This document shows, piece after piece, positions 27,343-36,154 of a stretch of DNA of 64,000 nt. The position numbers were made by a program, and so were the translations under genes. Position 1 is the first letter of the stretch. Each line of letters opens with the position of its first letter. The stretch is taken from assembly GCA_963826115.1 (NCBI GenBank), contig CAWGVS010000003.1, forward strand, positions 64,001-128,000. The letters run 5' to 3'. The stretch is from an uncultured Candidatus Rokubacteria bacterium (lineage in GTDB: Bacteria > Methylomirabilota > Methylomirabilia > Rokubacteriales > DASRDR01). Under the pieces are notes generated by a model, which saw only the letters and a program-made list of their open reading frames with translations, was not told the DNA's origin and searched no databases.

Positions 27343-28101
27343 GTGAGGCGTCTCGACGGTCAGGTGGCGGTGGTCACCGGGGCGAGCCGGGGCATCGGCC
27401 GCGCGATCGCGCTCGCGCTCGCGCGGGAAGGCGCGCGCGTCGTCGTCAACTACTCCCGGTCGCGTGAGCTCGCCGAGGCCGTGGTCGCCGAGATGGTTGC
27501 CGCCGGGGGCGAGGCCCTCGCCATCCGCGCGGACGTTTCGCGGTCGGACGACGTCGCCAATCTCCTGGGCTCGACGCTCGGCACGTGGGACCGGATCGAC
27601 ACGTGGGTCAACAACGCGGGCGCCGACATCCTGACGGGCGACGCGCGGACCTGGCCCCCCGAGCGCCGCTGGGACGCGGTGATGACCGTCGACCTCAAGG
27701 GCACCTGGCTGTGCTCGCGGGCGGCGGCGGACGCGATGCGCCGGGCCGGCGGCGGCGTCATCGTGAACCTCTCCTGGGACCACGTCACCCACGGGATGGG
27801 CAACCAGACGGCGGCCATCTACGCCGCCGCGAAGGGCGGCGTGGCGGCCATGAGCCGTTCCCTCGCGCGGGAGTACGCGCCCCTCGTGCGGGTCAACGTG
27901 GTCGCGCCCGGCTGGGTCCGGACCGAGTGGCTCGACGGCGCCGGCGCCGAGGTCCAGCAACACGTGAGGGACGCGACCCCGCTCGGCCGTCCCGGCACGC
28001 CCGACGACGTCGCCGGCGCGGTCGCGTTCCTCGCCTCCGCCGACGCGGCCTTCATCACCGGACAGACCCTGCTGGTGAACGGAGGCGTCGTGGCCAGCTG
28101 A
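27343..28101 (+). CDS. SDR family oxidoreductase (candidate pterin reductase)
   Basis: GTG after AGGAGG. TGASRGIG, VNNAG, YAAAKGG, VNVVAPG and FITGQTLLVNGG. Confidence 0.88.
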   Translation: MRRLDGQVAVVTGASRGIGRAIALALAREGARVVVNYSRSRELAEAVVAEMVAAGGEALAIRADVSRSDDVANLLGSTLGTWDRIDTWVNNAGADILTGDARTWPPERRWDAVMTVDLKGTWLCSRAAADAMRRAGGGVIVNLSWDHVTHGMGNQTAAIYAAAKGGVAAMSRSLAREYAPLVRVNVVAPGWVRTEWLDGAGAEVQQHVRDATPLGRPGTPDDVAGAVAFLASADAAFITGQTLLVNGGVVAS

Positions 28102-28189
28102 TGCGCCACACGGCGCGGGCCGCGTGGACGCTCCGGCGCCCCGCGGTCCGGCGACCATTTGCGAAGCGCGAGATCCGCAGGAGGGCATC

Positions 28190-28570
28190 ATGGCTGAAGA
28201 GAAGAAGCTCCCGGTCCTTCCGGACGACGAGATCGAGCGGCGGCTCGCCCAGGAGCTGCCGGGCTGGTGGTACGAGGGCCGCTGGATCCGCCGGAAGTAC
28301 AACACGGACGGCTGGCTCACGACGCTCGCGATGGTCAACACGATCGGCTACGTCGCCGAGGCCGCCTGGCACCATCCGGACCTCGAGGTGACGTGGGGCA
28401 AGGTGTGGGTGAAGCTGCGCACCCACTCGAGCAACGGTGTCACGGAGCGGGACTTCGCGCTGGCCAAGCGCCTCGAGGACGCGGTCCTGTGGCGCCCGGG
28501 CTCGGGCTCCCACATGGAGGGCACGCCCAACAAGTGGGTGAAGGGCGGGAGCCCCGATAAGCCCGCCTGA
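28190..28570 (+). CDS. Pterin-4a-carbinolamine dehydratase
   Basis: AEAAWHHPDLEVTWGKVWVKLRTHSSNGVTERDFALAK (HHPD motif). RBS AGGAGG present. Confidence 0.92.
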   Translation: MAEEKKLPVLPDDEIERRLAQELPGWWYEGRWIRRKYNTDGWLTTLAMVNTIGYVAEAAWHHPDLEVTWGKVWVKLRTHSSNGVTERDFALAKRLEDAVLWRPGSGSHMEGTPNKWVKGGSPDKPA

Positions 28571-28592
28571 GCGGAGGGCCACCGACCCGCCC

Positions 28593-29975
28593 GTGCCCAA
28601 GACGCTCTTCGTCACCGGCAAGCTCGCCGAGCCGGCGCTCCGGGCGACGCTCGCCCGGATGGCGCCGGACTTCCCCTACGAGGTGGTGGTCCTGCGGATC
28701 ACCGTCGCCGCGCTCATGACGACCTCCTGGATCGCGAAGCACCTCACGGACGTCTCCGGCTCGGAGCGCATCGTCATCCCGGGTCTCTGCGAGGGCGACG
28801 TGCGGGCGATCGAGGACCGGTGGGGCGTGAGGGCCGAGAAGGGGCCCACCGACCTCCGGGACCTGCCGGAGCACTTCGGTCAGGCGGCGCTCCGGGAAGA
28901 ATACGGCGCCCACGACATCCGGATCTTCGCGGAGATCAACAACGTCCCGTACCTCCCCCGCGAGGAGGTGGTGCGGGCAGCGGAGTACTACCGGGCGAGC
29001 GGCGCCGACGTCGTCGACCTCGGCTGCTCCCTCGACCGGAAGTTCGACGACGTCGCCGAGGTCGTGGGCCTCCTGAAGGCCCGCGGGTTCACCCTCAGCA
29101 TCGACACCCTCGACCCCGGGGAGATCGCCGCCGCCGACCGGGCCGGCGTCGACTACGTGCTGAGCCTGAACGGCCGGAACCTCGACCTGGCCGACACGCT
29201 CCGGGCCACGCCGGTCCTCATCCCGGACTCGCCCGCCGAGCTCGACACCCTGGACCGGAGCATCGCCCGTCTCGAGGCGCTCGGGCATCCCTACATCGTG
29301 GATCCGGTGATCGAGCCGATCGGGTTCGGCTTCGCGGCGGCGCTCGACCGCTACGTGCAGGTCCGGGCGCGCCACCCCGCGGTCGAGATCCTGATGGGCA
29401 TCGGCAACATCACGGAGCTGACCGACGCCGACACCACCGGGATGAACGCGCTCCTGATCGGCTTCTGCCAGGAGCTCGGCGTCCGTCACGTGCTCACGAC
29501 CGAGGTCATCCCGTGGGCGCGCGGCTCGGTGCGGGAGATCGACGTGGCCCGCCGTCTGATGTACGCGGCCCGCCAGCGCGGCGTCCTCCCGAAGCACGTC
29601 GACGACCGGCTGCTCACGGTCAAGGACGCGCGACCGAAGTACTACGCGGAGGCGGAGCTCCGGGAGCTCCACCGCGCGATCACCGATCCGAACTTCCGCA
29701 TCGCGACGACGCGCGATGCGATCTGCGTGTTCAACAACCGCCTGTTCGTGACCGGCACGGACATCCAGGCGATCTTCGAGCAGCTCGACGTCCAGGACCC
29801 CGCCCACGCGTTCTACCTCGGCAAGGAGCTGATGAAGGCCCGCCTCGCGCTCCTCCTCGGCAAGACCTACGTGCAGGAGCAGCCGCTCCGCTGGGGCTAC
29901 CTGACGCCCCCGCGCGAGGACACGGCCCACCGCCGCGTGCGGATCGAGGGACGCCGGAAGCCGCGGGACCAGTAG
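28593..29975 (+). CDS. Dihydropteroate synthase-like protein (Orf20-like, with DUF4346-type C-terminus)
   Basis: LFVTGKLAE, VAALMT, KGPTDLRDLP, IFAEI, GADVVDLGC, DPVIEPIGFG, MGIGNITELTDADTTG and HAFYLGKEL. Confidence 0.9.
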   Translation: MPKTLFVTGKLAEPALRATLARMAPDFPYEVVVLRITVAALMTTSWIAKHLTDVSGSERIVIPGLCEGDVRAIEDRWGVRAEKGPTDLRDLPEHFGQAALREEYGAHDIRIFAEINNVPYLPREEVVRAAEYYRASGADVVDLGCSLDRKFDDVAEVVGLLKARGFTLSIDTLDPGEIAAADRAGVDYVLSLNGRNLDLADTLRATPVLIPDSPAELDTLDRSIARLEALGHPYIVDPVIEPIGFGFAAALDRYVQVRARHPAVEILMGIGNITELTDADTTGMNALLIGFCQELGVRHVLTTEVIPWARGSVREIDVARRLMYAARQRGVLPKHVDDRLLTVKDARPKYYAEAELRELHRAITDPNFRIATTRDAICVFNNRLFVTGTDIQAIFEQLDVQDPAHAFYLGKELMKARLALLLGKTYVQEQPLRWGYLTPPREDTAHRRVRIEGRRKPRDQ

Positions 29976-30048
29976 GGCTCCCTCCCCGGCCGGATCGGCA
30001 GGGAATGCCGGTCCGGGGCACGCCGTCCAACGTGGCAGGAGGGACGTC

Positions 30049-30300
30049 ATGGAGCGCACAGGTTCGTCGATCCCGAAGACCTCGGTCCGTCCCCCGCGCA
30101 GGGCGCTCGGCCTCGGCCTCGGCGCCGGGCTGCTGGCCCTCGCGGGCACCCTCGCGCTCGGCGGCTGCTACGTCGTGCCGGCCCACACGGCCTATGTCGC
30201 GCCGGCGCCCGTCTACGTGACGCCCGCCCCCGTGTACGTGGTGCCCGCGCCCAGGTACTACTACGGCGGGTACGGGTGGCGGGGCTACCGACGCTGGTGA
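30049..30300 (+). CDS. Small proline-rich lipoprotein
   Basis: LALGGC lipobox, YV(A/T/V)PAP repeats and a YYYGGYGWRGY tail. RBS GGAGGG present. Confidence 0.7.
   Translation: MERTGSSIPKTSVRPPRRALGLGLGAGLLALAGTLALGGCYVVPAHTAYVAPAPVYVTPAPVYVVPAPRYYYGGYGWRGYRRW
30193..30255 (+). repeat. Three imperfect 21-bp tandem coding repeats
   Basis: TATGTCGCGCCGGCGCCCGTC / TACGTGACGCCCGCCCCCGTG / TACGTGGTGCCCGCGCCCAGG. Confidence 0.7.
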
Positions 30301-30405
30301 GGAGCGTCCGACCGCGCCGATCGGTCCGCTGATCGCCGCCGCGCCTCCCGCGGCGCGTGGGGTAGGATTGTGGGACGCCGCAAGTCACCCCACCGGGAGG
30401 TGCGC

Positions 30406-31260
30406 GTGAAGAAGTTGCTCCTGCAGCTCGATCCCGACAAGCATCCCAGCGCGTTCGACCGCATCGTCGCCCACGACGCGGGCGCGGATGAGGTCCTGAG
30501 CTACGGCGGCGTGGCGCCGGCCGACGTCACGCCGCTCGTGCACGGCGCGATCTTCACGCGCGGACCCGGCGAGCTCCGCAACACCGCGATATGGGTCGGC
30601 GGCACGGACGTCGGCCAGGCCGAGGCGCTGTTCGCCGCGGTCCAGAAGGCGTTCTTCGGCCCGTTCCGGGTCAGCGTGATGATGGACGCCAACGGGTGCA
30701 ACACGACCGCCGCCGCCGCGGTGGCGCGGCTCGCCGGCGTGGTCACGCTCTCCGGCGCCCGGGCCGTCGTCCTGGGCGGAACCGGGCCGGTCGGGCTCCG
30801 GGCGGCGACGCTCCTGGCGCGCGAGGGCGCCGGCGTGACCCTCTGCTCGCGGTCCCACGAGCGGGCACGCGCCGCGTGCGAGCAGCTGAAGGCGCGCTTC
30901 GCGGTGGACGTGAGCCCGTGCGAGGCGTGGGACGAGGAGGGGGTGGCGCGCGCGCTCGAGGGCGCCGACGTCTGCCTGACCGCCGGCGCCGCCGGCATTC
31001 AATTCCTCCCGCGCTCCCTGTGGGCTCCGCACCCCGCGCTGAAGGCGCTCGCCGATGTGAACGCGGTCCCCCCGCTGGGCATCGGCGGCATCGAGGCGAC
31101 CGACAAGGGGGCCGAGCGAGACGGCAAGCGCGTGTTCGGCGCGCTCGGCATCGGCGGCCTCAAGATGAAGGTCCACCGCGCGTGCGTGGCGAAGCTCTTC
31201 GAGCGAAACGACACCGAGCTGGACCTCGAGGCCATCTACGCTGCCGCGCGCGCCAGCTGA
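30406..31260 (+). CDS. NAD(P)-dependent methylene-H4MPT dehydrogenase (MtdA/MtdB/MtdC family; appears MtdC-like)
   Basis: MKKLLLQLDPDKHPSAFD, HGAIFTRGP, FFGPFRVSVMMDANGCNTTAAAAV, GGTGPVG, DVNAVPPLGIGGI and GALGIGGLKMKVH. Confidence 0.93.
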   Translation: MKKLLLQLDPDKHPSAFDRIVAHDAGADEVLSYGGVAPADVTPLVHGAIFTRGPGELRNTAIWVGGTDVGQAEALFAAVQKAFFGPFRVSVMMDANGCNTTAAAAVARLAGVVTLSGARAVVLGGTGPVGLRAATLLAREGAGVTLCSRSHERARAACEQLKARFAVDVSPCEAWDEEGVARALEGADVCLTAGAAGIQFLPRSLWAPHPALKALADVNAVPPLGIGGIEATDKGAERDGKRVFGALGIGGLKMKVHRACVAKLFERNDTELDLEAIYAAARAS

Positions 31261-31296
31261 GGCACCCGCGGCGCGCTCGGGCCCCGCTCCCGACTG

Positions 31297-32391
31297 ATGC
31301 CGCGCGTCGTCGGCGTCGATCCCGGCACGCAGAGCGTGGACCTCTGCGGACTCGCGGACGGCCAGGTGTTCCTCGAAGCGTCGGTCCCGGCCGATGAGGG
31401 GGGCCGCGCCCCGGCGGCGCTGGTGGACCGGCTGGCCGCGGCGCTTCCCCTCGACCTGATCGTCGCGCCCTCCGGCTACGGGCTGCCGCTCGTCCCCGTC
31501 GCCCAGCTCGACCCGTCGCGCCTCGACCTCGCGCTCCTCGTGCGACCCGAGGACCGCGCGCAGCCGGAGCGTGTCGGCGGCCTCCGCGCCATGCTCGAGG
31601 GGATGCAGGCGCGCGGGCTGCCGGCGGTTCTCCTGCCCGGCGTGGTGCACCTCGACACCGTGCCGGCGCACCGCAAGGTGAACCGCGTCGACATGGGCAC
31701 CGCGGACAAGCTGTGCGTGGCCGCCCTCGGCATCTGGGACCAGAGCCGCCGCCTCGCGTGTTCGCCCGCCGAGACCGGATTCGTGCTGCTCGAGCTCGGT
31801 GGCTTCTTCACCGCCGCGCTCGCCGTCGAGGCGGGGTGCGTCGTCGACGGGATCGGCGGGAGCGCGGGAGGCCTCGGGTACCGCGCCCTCGGGACGCTCG
31901 ACGGCGAGGTCGCCTACGTCCTCGGACGGGTGCGGAAGTCGGCGCTCTTCACCGGCGGGGCCGCGTTCGTCGCCGGCGCGCCGGACCTCTCCCCCGAGGA
32001 GCTGGCGGCGCGCGCGACCCGGGATCCGCGTGCCCGGATGGCCTGGGACGCGCTGATCGAGGCCGCGGCCAAGCTCGTGGCGGCGCTGAGGGTCACCGCG
32101 CCCGGCGCGCGCGAGGTGCTGCTCTCGGGACGCGTGGGCCGCGTGCCGACCGTCGTCGAGGCGCTCGAGCGTCGGCTCGCCGGCGCGCTCCCCGTGCGCC
32201 CCCTCGACCGCTTCACCGACCGCGTGAAGGAAGCGGCCCAGGGCGCGGCGCTGCTCGCGGACGGCCTCGCCGGCGGCCAGCATCGGGAGATCGTCGAGGC
32301 ACTGCGCCTCCGCGCGAGCGGCGGCTCGGTGCTCGACCATCTCTACGTGGCGGGCGCGGACGAGGTGCGGCGCCGCTTCGGGCTGGCGTGA
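31297..32391 (+). CDS. DUF1464 family protein (ASKHA/butyrate-kinase-like)
   Basis: VGVDPGTQSVDLCGL, APSGYGLP, PGVVHLDTVPAHRKVNRVDMGTADK, GTLDGEVAY and KEAAQGAALLADGLAGG. Confidence 0.88.
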   Translation: MPRVVGVDPGTQSVDLCGLADGQVFLEASVPADEGGRAPAALVDRLAAALPLDLIVAPSGYGLPLVPVAQLDPSRLDLALLVRPEDRAQPERVGGLRAMLEGMQARGLPAVLLPGVVHLDTVPAHRKVNRVDMGTADKLCVAALGIWDQSRRLACSPAETGFVLLELGGFFTAALAVEAGCVVDGIGGSAGGLGYRALGTLDGEVAYVLGRVRKSALFTGGAAFVAGAPDLSPEELAARATRDPRARMAWDALIEAAAKLVAALRVTAPGAREVLLSGRVGRVPTVVEALERRLAGALPVRPLDRFTDRVKEAAQGAALLADGLAGGQHREIVEALRLRASGGSVLDHLYVAGADEVRRRFGLA

Positions 32392-33509
32392 GGGTCCTGA
32401 TCGCCGGACTCACGACCCGGGCCATGGCCGAATCCGCGGCGCGCGCCGGCGCCGAGATCGTCACCGTCGATTACTTCGGCGACCTGGACCAGCGACGCCT
32501 CTGCGAGACCCACCCCCTGCGCGACCACGGCTTCGGCTACTCGCCGTCGGCGATCCTCGAGGTCGCGCGCAGCCTCGCCTACGACGCCGTCGTCTACTGC
32601 GGAGGCCTGGAGAACCATCCCGACGTCGTCGCCGAGCTCGTCCGCGGCCGGGTGCTCCTCGGGAACGCGCCCGAGACGCTCCGCCGGGTGCGCGATCCGC
32701 GCGCGATCTTCGCCCGGCTGGCCGGCCGCGGCTTCGCGGTGCCCGCGACCCGCTTCCCGGACGATCCCCTGCCCGTGTCCGGCCGGTGGCTCCTGAAGCC
32801 GGCGCGCGGAGGCGGCGGCCAGGGCGTGCGCCCGTGGGGCGGCCGGCCCCCCGCGGCCACGGAGATCCTGCAGGAGGTCGTGGACGGCGTCAGCGGCTCG
32901 GCCTCGTTCGTGGCCGACGGGCGACGGAGCATCGTCCTCGGCTGGACCGAGCAGCTCCGTCCGCCGCGAAGCTTCCGGTACGGCGGCAACGTCATGCCGC
33001 TCGAGGCCCGCGAGGCCACGCACGTGGAGGTCCGGGCGATTGCCGACGCGCTCACGGAGGAATACGGGCTCCGCGGTCTGAACGGCGTCGACTTCGTCCT
33101 GCGCGACGACCGGCCGGTCGTGCTCGAGGTAAACCCGCGGTACTGCGCGTCGATGGAGCTGGTCGAGCGCGCCCTCGGGGTATCCGTGTTCGGCCTCCAC
33201 GTGGCCGCCTGCCGGGGTGATCTCCCCGCCCGGGTTGGCGAGGTCACCGGGGCGTGGGGCAAGGCGATCGTCTATGCGCGGCGAACGGTGGCGGCGCCGG
33301 ACACGACGGCCTGGCTCGACCGGGGCGTCCGCGACGTGCCGCACCCCGGCGAGGTCATCCGCGCGGGCCACCCGATCTGCACGGTGCTGGCCACGGCGCC
33401 GACGCCGGCGCTCTGCAAGGCCGCGCTCGCCGAGGACGCCGCCCTGATCGAGGCTGCCTGCTCGCCGATCGACGGCCCCGACGCGGTCGACGGCGCCGAG
33501 GAAGCGTAA
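32388..33509 (+). CDS. ATP-grasp domain protein (Orf1-like of H4MPT clusters)
   Basis: RAMAESAARAG, DYFGDLD, GGLENHP, LLGNAPE, WLLKPARGGGG, GLNGVDF, LEVNPRYCASME and DVPHPG...PICTV. Confidence 0.88.
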   Translation: MRVLIAGLTTRAMAESAARAGAEIVTVDYFGDLDQRRLCETHPLRDHGFGYSPSAILEVARSLAYDAVVYCGGLENHPDVVAELVRGRVLLGNAPETLRRVRDPRAIFARLAGRGFAVPATRFPDDPLPVSGRWLLKPARGGGGQGVRPWGGRPPAATEILQEVVDGVSGSASFVADGRRSIVLGWTEQLRPPRSFRYGGNVMPLEAREATHVEVRAIADALTEEYGLRGLNGVDFVLRDDRPVVLEVNPRYCASMELVERALGVSVFGLHVAACRGDLPARVGEVTGAWGKAIVYARRTVAAPDTTAWLDRGVRDVPHPGEVIRAGHPICTVLATAPTPALCKAALAEDAALIEAACSPIDGPDAVDGAEEA

Positions 33510-33618
33510 CACCCGGGTCGCGGCGACTTGATAGCTGTCCGCCGAGGCGGGCGAGGACTTCGGAGCCCGCGCGTGCCGCTACGTCGCCATCGACGGAAGG
33601 CCTGCAAGACCTGCTGAG

Positions 33619-34491
33619 CTAGGCCTTCACGCCCCTGCCGCTCCGCGGCTTCCACTCCATGACCACGTGACGCTGGACGCCGAGACGCTCGATCCCCATC
33701 TCCACGACGTCGCGCGGGACGAGGTAGCGCGGCGGCCGCGCGCCGTGGCCCACGCCGGCGGGCGTGCCGGTGGAGATCAGGTCGCCGGGCTGGAGCGACA
33801 TGAACCGGCTCACGTAGGCCACCAGCATGCGCACCGGGAAGACCATGTGGCGGGTGTGGCCGTCCTGCCGGCGCACCCCGTTGACGGTCGTCCAGAGGCG
33901 CAGGTCCTGCGGGTCGGGAACCTCGTCGGCCGTGACCAGCCAGGGGCCCACGGGGCCGAAGGAGTCGGCGCTCTTGCCCTTGGTCGTGGTGCCGCCGTGC
34001 TCCATCTGGAACGCGCGCTCCGAGACGTCGTTGACGATGGTGTAGCCGGCCACGTACGAGAGCGCGCGCGCCTCGTCCACGTAGCGCGCCTCGCGGCCGA
34101 TGACCGCGGCCAGCTCCACCTCGTAGTCGAGCTTCGTCGCGTCACGCGGCCGCACGATGGGATCGCTCGGCCCCGAGAGGGCGCTGGGCGCCTTGATGAA
34201 CACCGTGGGCTCGGCGGGAAGCGGGAGTCCCACCTCCTCGGCGTGGTCGGTGTAGTTGAGCCCGATGCACACCATCTTGCCGATCCCGGCCAGCGGGCAG
34301 CCGAGACGCGGTCGGCCCCGCACCGCGGGGAGGCGCGCGACCTTGAGGCCGCGGAGCCGCGCGAGACCGGCGGGGGCGAGGAGCGCGGGCGTGATGTCCC
34401 GCACGGCGCGGGAGACGTCGCGCAGTGTGCCCTCGTCATCGATCAGTCCCGGCTTCTCGTCGCCGGGACGGCCGTACCGGACGAGCTTCAT
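33619..34491 (-). CDS. Fumarylacetoacetate hydrolase family protein
   Basis: CIGLNYTDHA, KLDYEVELA, NDVSERAFQ, KGKSADSFGP and PGDLISTGTPAGVG. Confidence 0.95.
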   Translation of the reverse strand: MKLVRYGRPGDEKPGLIDDEGTLRDVSRAVRDITPALLAPAGLARLRGLKVARLPAVRGRPRLGCPLAGIGKMVCIGLNYTDHAEEVGLPLPAEPTVFIKAPSALSGPSDPIVRPRDATKLDYEVELAAVIGREARYVDEARALSYVAGYTIVNDVSERAFQMEHGGTTTKGKSADSFGPVGPWLVTADEVPDPQDLRLWTTVNGVRRQDGHTRHMVFPVRMLVAYVSRFMSLQPGDLISTGTPAGVGHGARPPRYLVPRDVVEMGIERLGVQRHVVMEWKPRSGRGVKA

Positions 34492-34545
34492 GGAAGGCGA
34501 GCGTAGCGCCCTTGGAGGACGCCCGCAACCGGACCGCGCCGCCGG

Positions 34546-36033
34546 TCAGCGCCGGCGCGCCGCCTCGATGGCCTGGGCGAGCCGCTCCATGCCGCGCCGC
34601 GCGGCGTCGGGACGCACCGCCGCGAAGCCGAGGACGAGGCCGTCCGGCCGGGGCGCCCGCCCCGCGAAGTACGCCGACAGCGGCGCCGCCTCGACCCCTC
34701 GGGCGGCGGCCTCCTCCGAGACGCGGCGGGCGTCCGCGCCGTCGAGGTCCGCGACGGCATGGAGGCCGGTCTGCACGGGCCGGACGCGGAGCGCGCCGCC
34801 GCAGAGTCGCGCCGCCGCCGACACCATGGCCTCGAGCCGCTCGCGGTAGGCGACGCGCATCCGGCGGAGATGCCGGGCGAAGTGGCCGCCGACGATGAAG
34901 TCGGCCAGCACCGCCTGGTCGAGCGTCGGCGGGTGCTGGTCGGCGGCCGCCCGCGCGGCGACCAGCTGCGGCCGGAGGTCCGGGGGCACGATGAGGAAGC
35001 CGAGGCGGAGCGCCGGGAAGAGCGTCTTGCTGAAGCTCCCCACGTAGATCACGCGGCCGTCGGGATCGAGCCCGTGGAGGCACGGGATCGGCCGCGCCCC
35101 GTAGCGGAACTCGCTGTCGTAGTCGTCCTCGATGACCCACGCGCCCGCGTCACGGGCCCATGCGAGGAGGGCGAGCCGCCGCGGCAAGCTCATCGGCACG
35201 CCGAGCGGGTACTGGTGGGACGGCGTCACGTACGCGAGGCGCGCGTCGGCCGCGCGGCGGACGCCGTCGCCGACGTCCAGCCCCTCCGCATCGACGCGCA
35301 CGGGGACGATCCGCGCGCCCGCCGCCCGCAGCGCGCTCCGTGCGCCGGGGTAGCCCGGCTCCTCGATCCAGGCGCGGTCACCCGGATCCAGGAGCAGGCG
35401 GCAGACGAGCTCGAATCCCTGCTGGGCGCCGGCCACCATCACGACCTGGTCGGGCTCGCAGCGCGTCCCCCGGGCGGTCTCCACGTGGCTCGCGATGGCC
35501 TCGCGGAGGACCCCGAGGCCCGCGGGGTCGCCGTAGTCGAGCTGCGCCGCCGTGACCATCCGCAGCCGGCGGCCGGCGAGCCGCTGCCAGAGCGCGACCG
35601 GAAAGAGGTCCACGCCGGGCGTGCCGAGCCGGAAGGGGCGCGGCGGCCCGCCCAGTCGGCGCGCGCCTTCTCGCACGGCCGCCACCGAGGCCCCGCGGCG
35701 GGACAACGCGGGATGCCGGAGCCTCGAGACCCGCCCGGCGCCGGCCCGCGCGACGAGGTCGTCCGGCAGCTCGTGGGCGACGGCCGTGCCGGAGCCCCGT
35801 CGTGCGGTGAGGTACCCCTCGGCCTGGAGCTGCTGCATCGCGAGGAGCGTGGTCGTGCGAGAGACGCCCAGGTCGACGGCAAGCGCGCGCGACGAGGGAA
35901 TCCGCGTTCCTGGGCCGATCACGCCGTCGAGGATCGCGCGCCGGATGCTCGCGTAGATCTGCTGCTGAAGCCCCTCACGGAGCCGGGCGTCGAGGCGGAC
36001 GAGGAGGCTCGGGGCCGCGCGCGGAGTGGCCAT
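34546..36033 (-). CDS. MocR/PdxR-type GntR regulator (wHTH + PLP aminotransferase domain)
   Basis: ATG 36033. IPSSRALAVDLGVSRTT, YVTPSHQYPLG, IEDDYDSEFRY and GSFSKTLFPALRLG. Confidence 0.95.
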   Translation of the reverse strand: MATPRAAPSLLVRLDARLREGLQQQIYASIRRAILDGVIGPGTRIPSSRALAVDLGVSRTTTLLAMQQLQAEGYLTARRGSGTAVAHELPDDLVARAGAGRVSRLRHPALSRRGASVAAVREGARRLGGPPRPFRLGTPGVDLFPVALWQRLAGRRLRMVTAAQLDYGDPAGLGVLREAIASHVETARGTRCEPDQVVMVAGAQQGFELVCRLLLDPGDRAWIEEPGYPGARSALRAAGARIVPVRVDAEGLDVGDGVRRAADARLAYVTPSHQYPLGVPMSLPRRLALLAWARDAGAWVIEDDYDSEFRYGARPIPCLHGLDPDGRVIYVGSFSKTLFPALRLGFLIVPPDLRPQLVAARAAADQHPPTLDQAVLADFIVGGHFARHLRRMRVAYRERLEAMVSAAARLCGGALRVRPVQTGLHAVADLDGADARRVSEEAAARGVEAAPLSAYFAGRAPRPDGLVLGFAAVRPDAARRGMERLAQAIEAARRR

Positions 36034-36154
36034 ATCCAGGGTCGTCTCTCCCGATCTACCGATCATACCAGCCCGGCGGAGCGGCCAAGTGGCCGCATGC
36101 CCCGGCGCGAAACTGGATCTCCGCTGGGCGCGCCGGCCGGTCGACAATCGGCGC

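Noticed and set aside
30355-30405. CCACCGGGAGG upstream of mtd, reminiscent of a ZTP (pfl) riboswitch
   Set aside because: There is no GACTGGCG / CGCCTGGG pseudoknot pair and no room before the start codon; the GGAGG is simply the RBS.
33510-33618. Hairpin-rich gap between the convergent ATP-grasp and FAH genes (possible sRNA)
   Set aside because: Only short GC stems are present, consistent with ordinary termination or chance.
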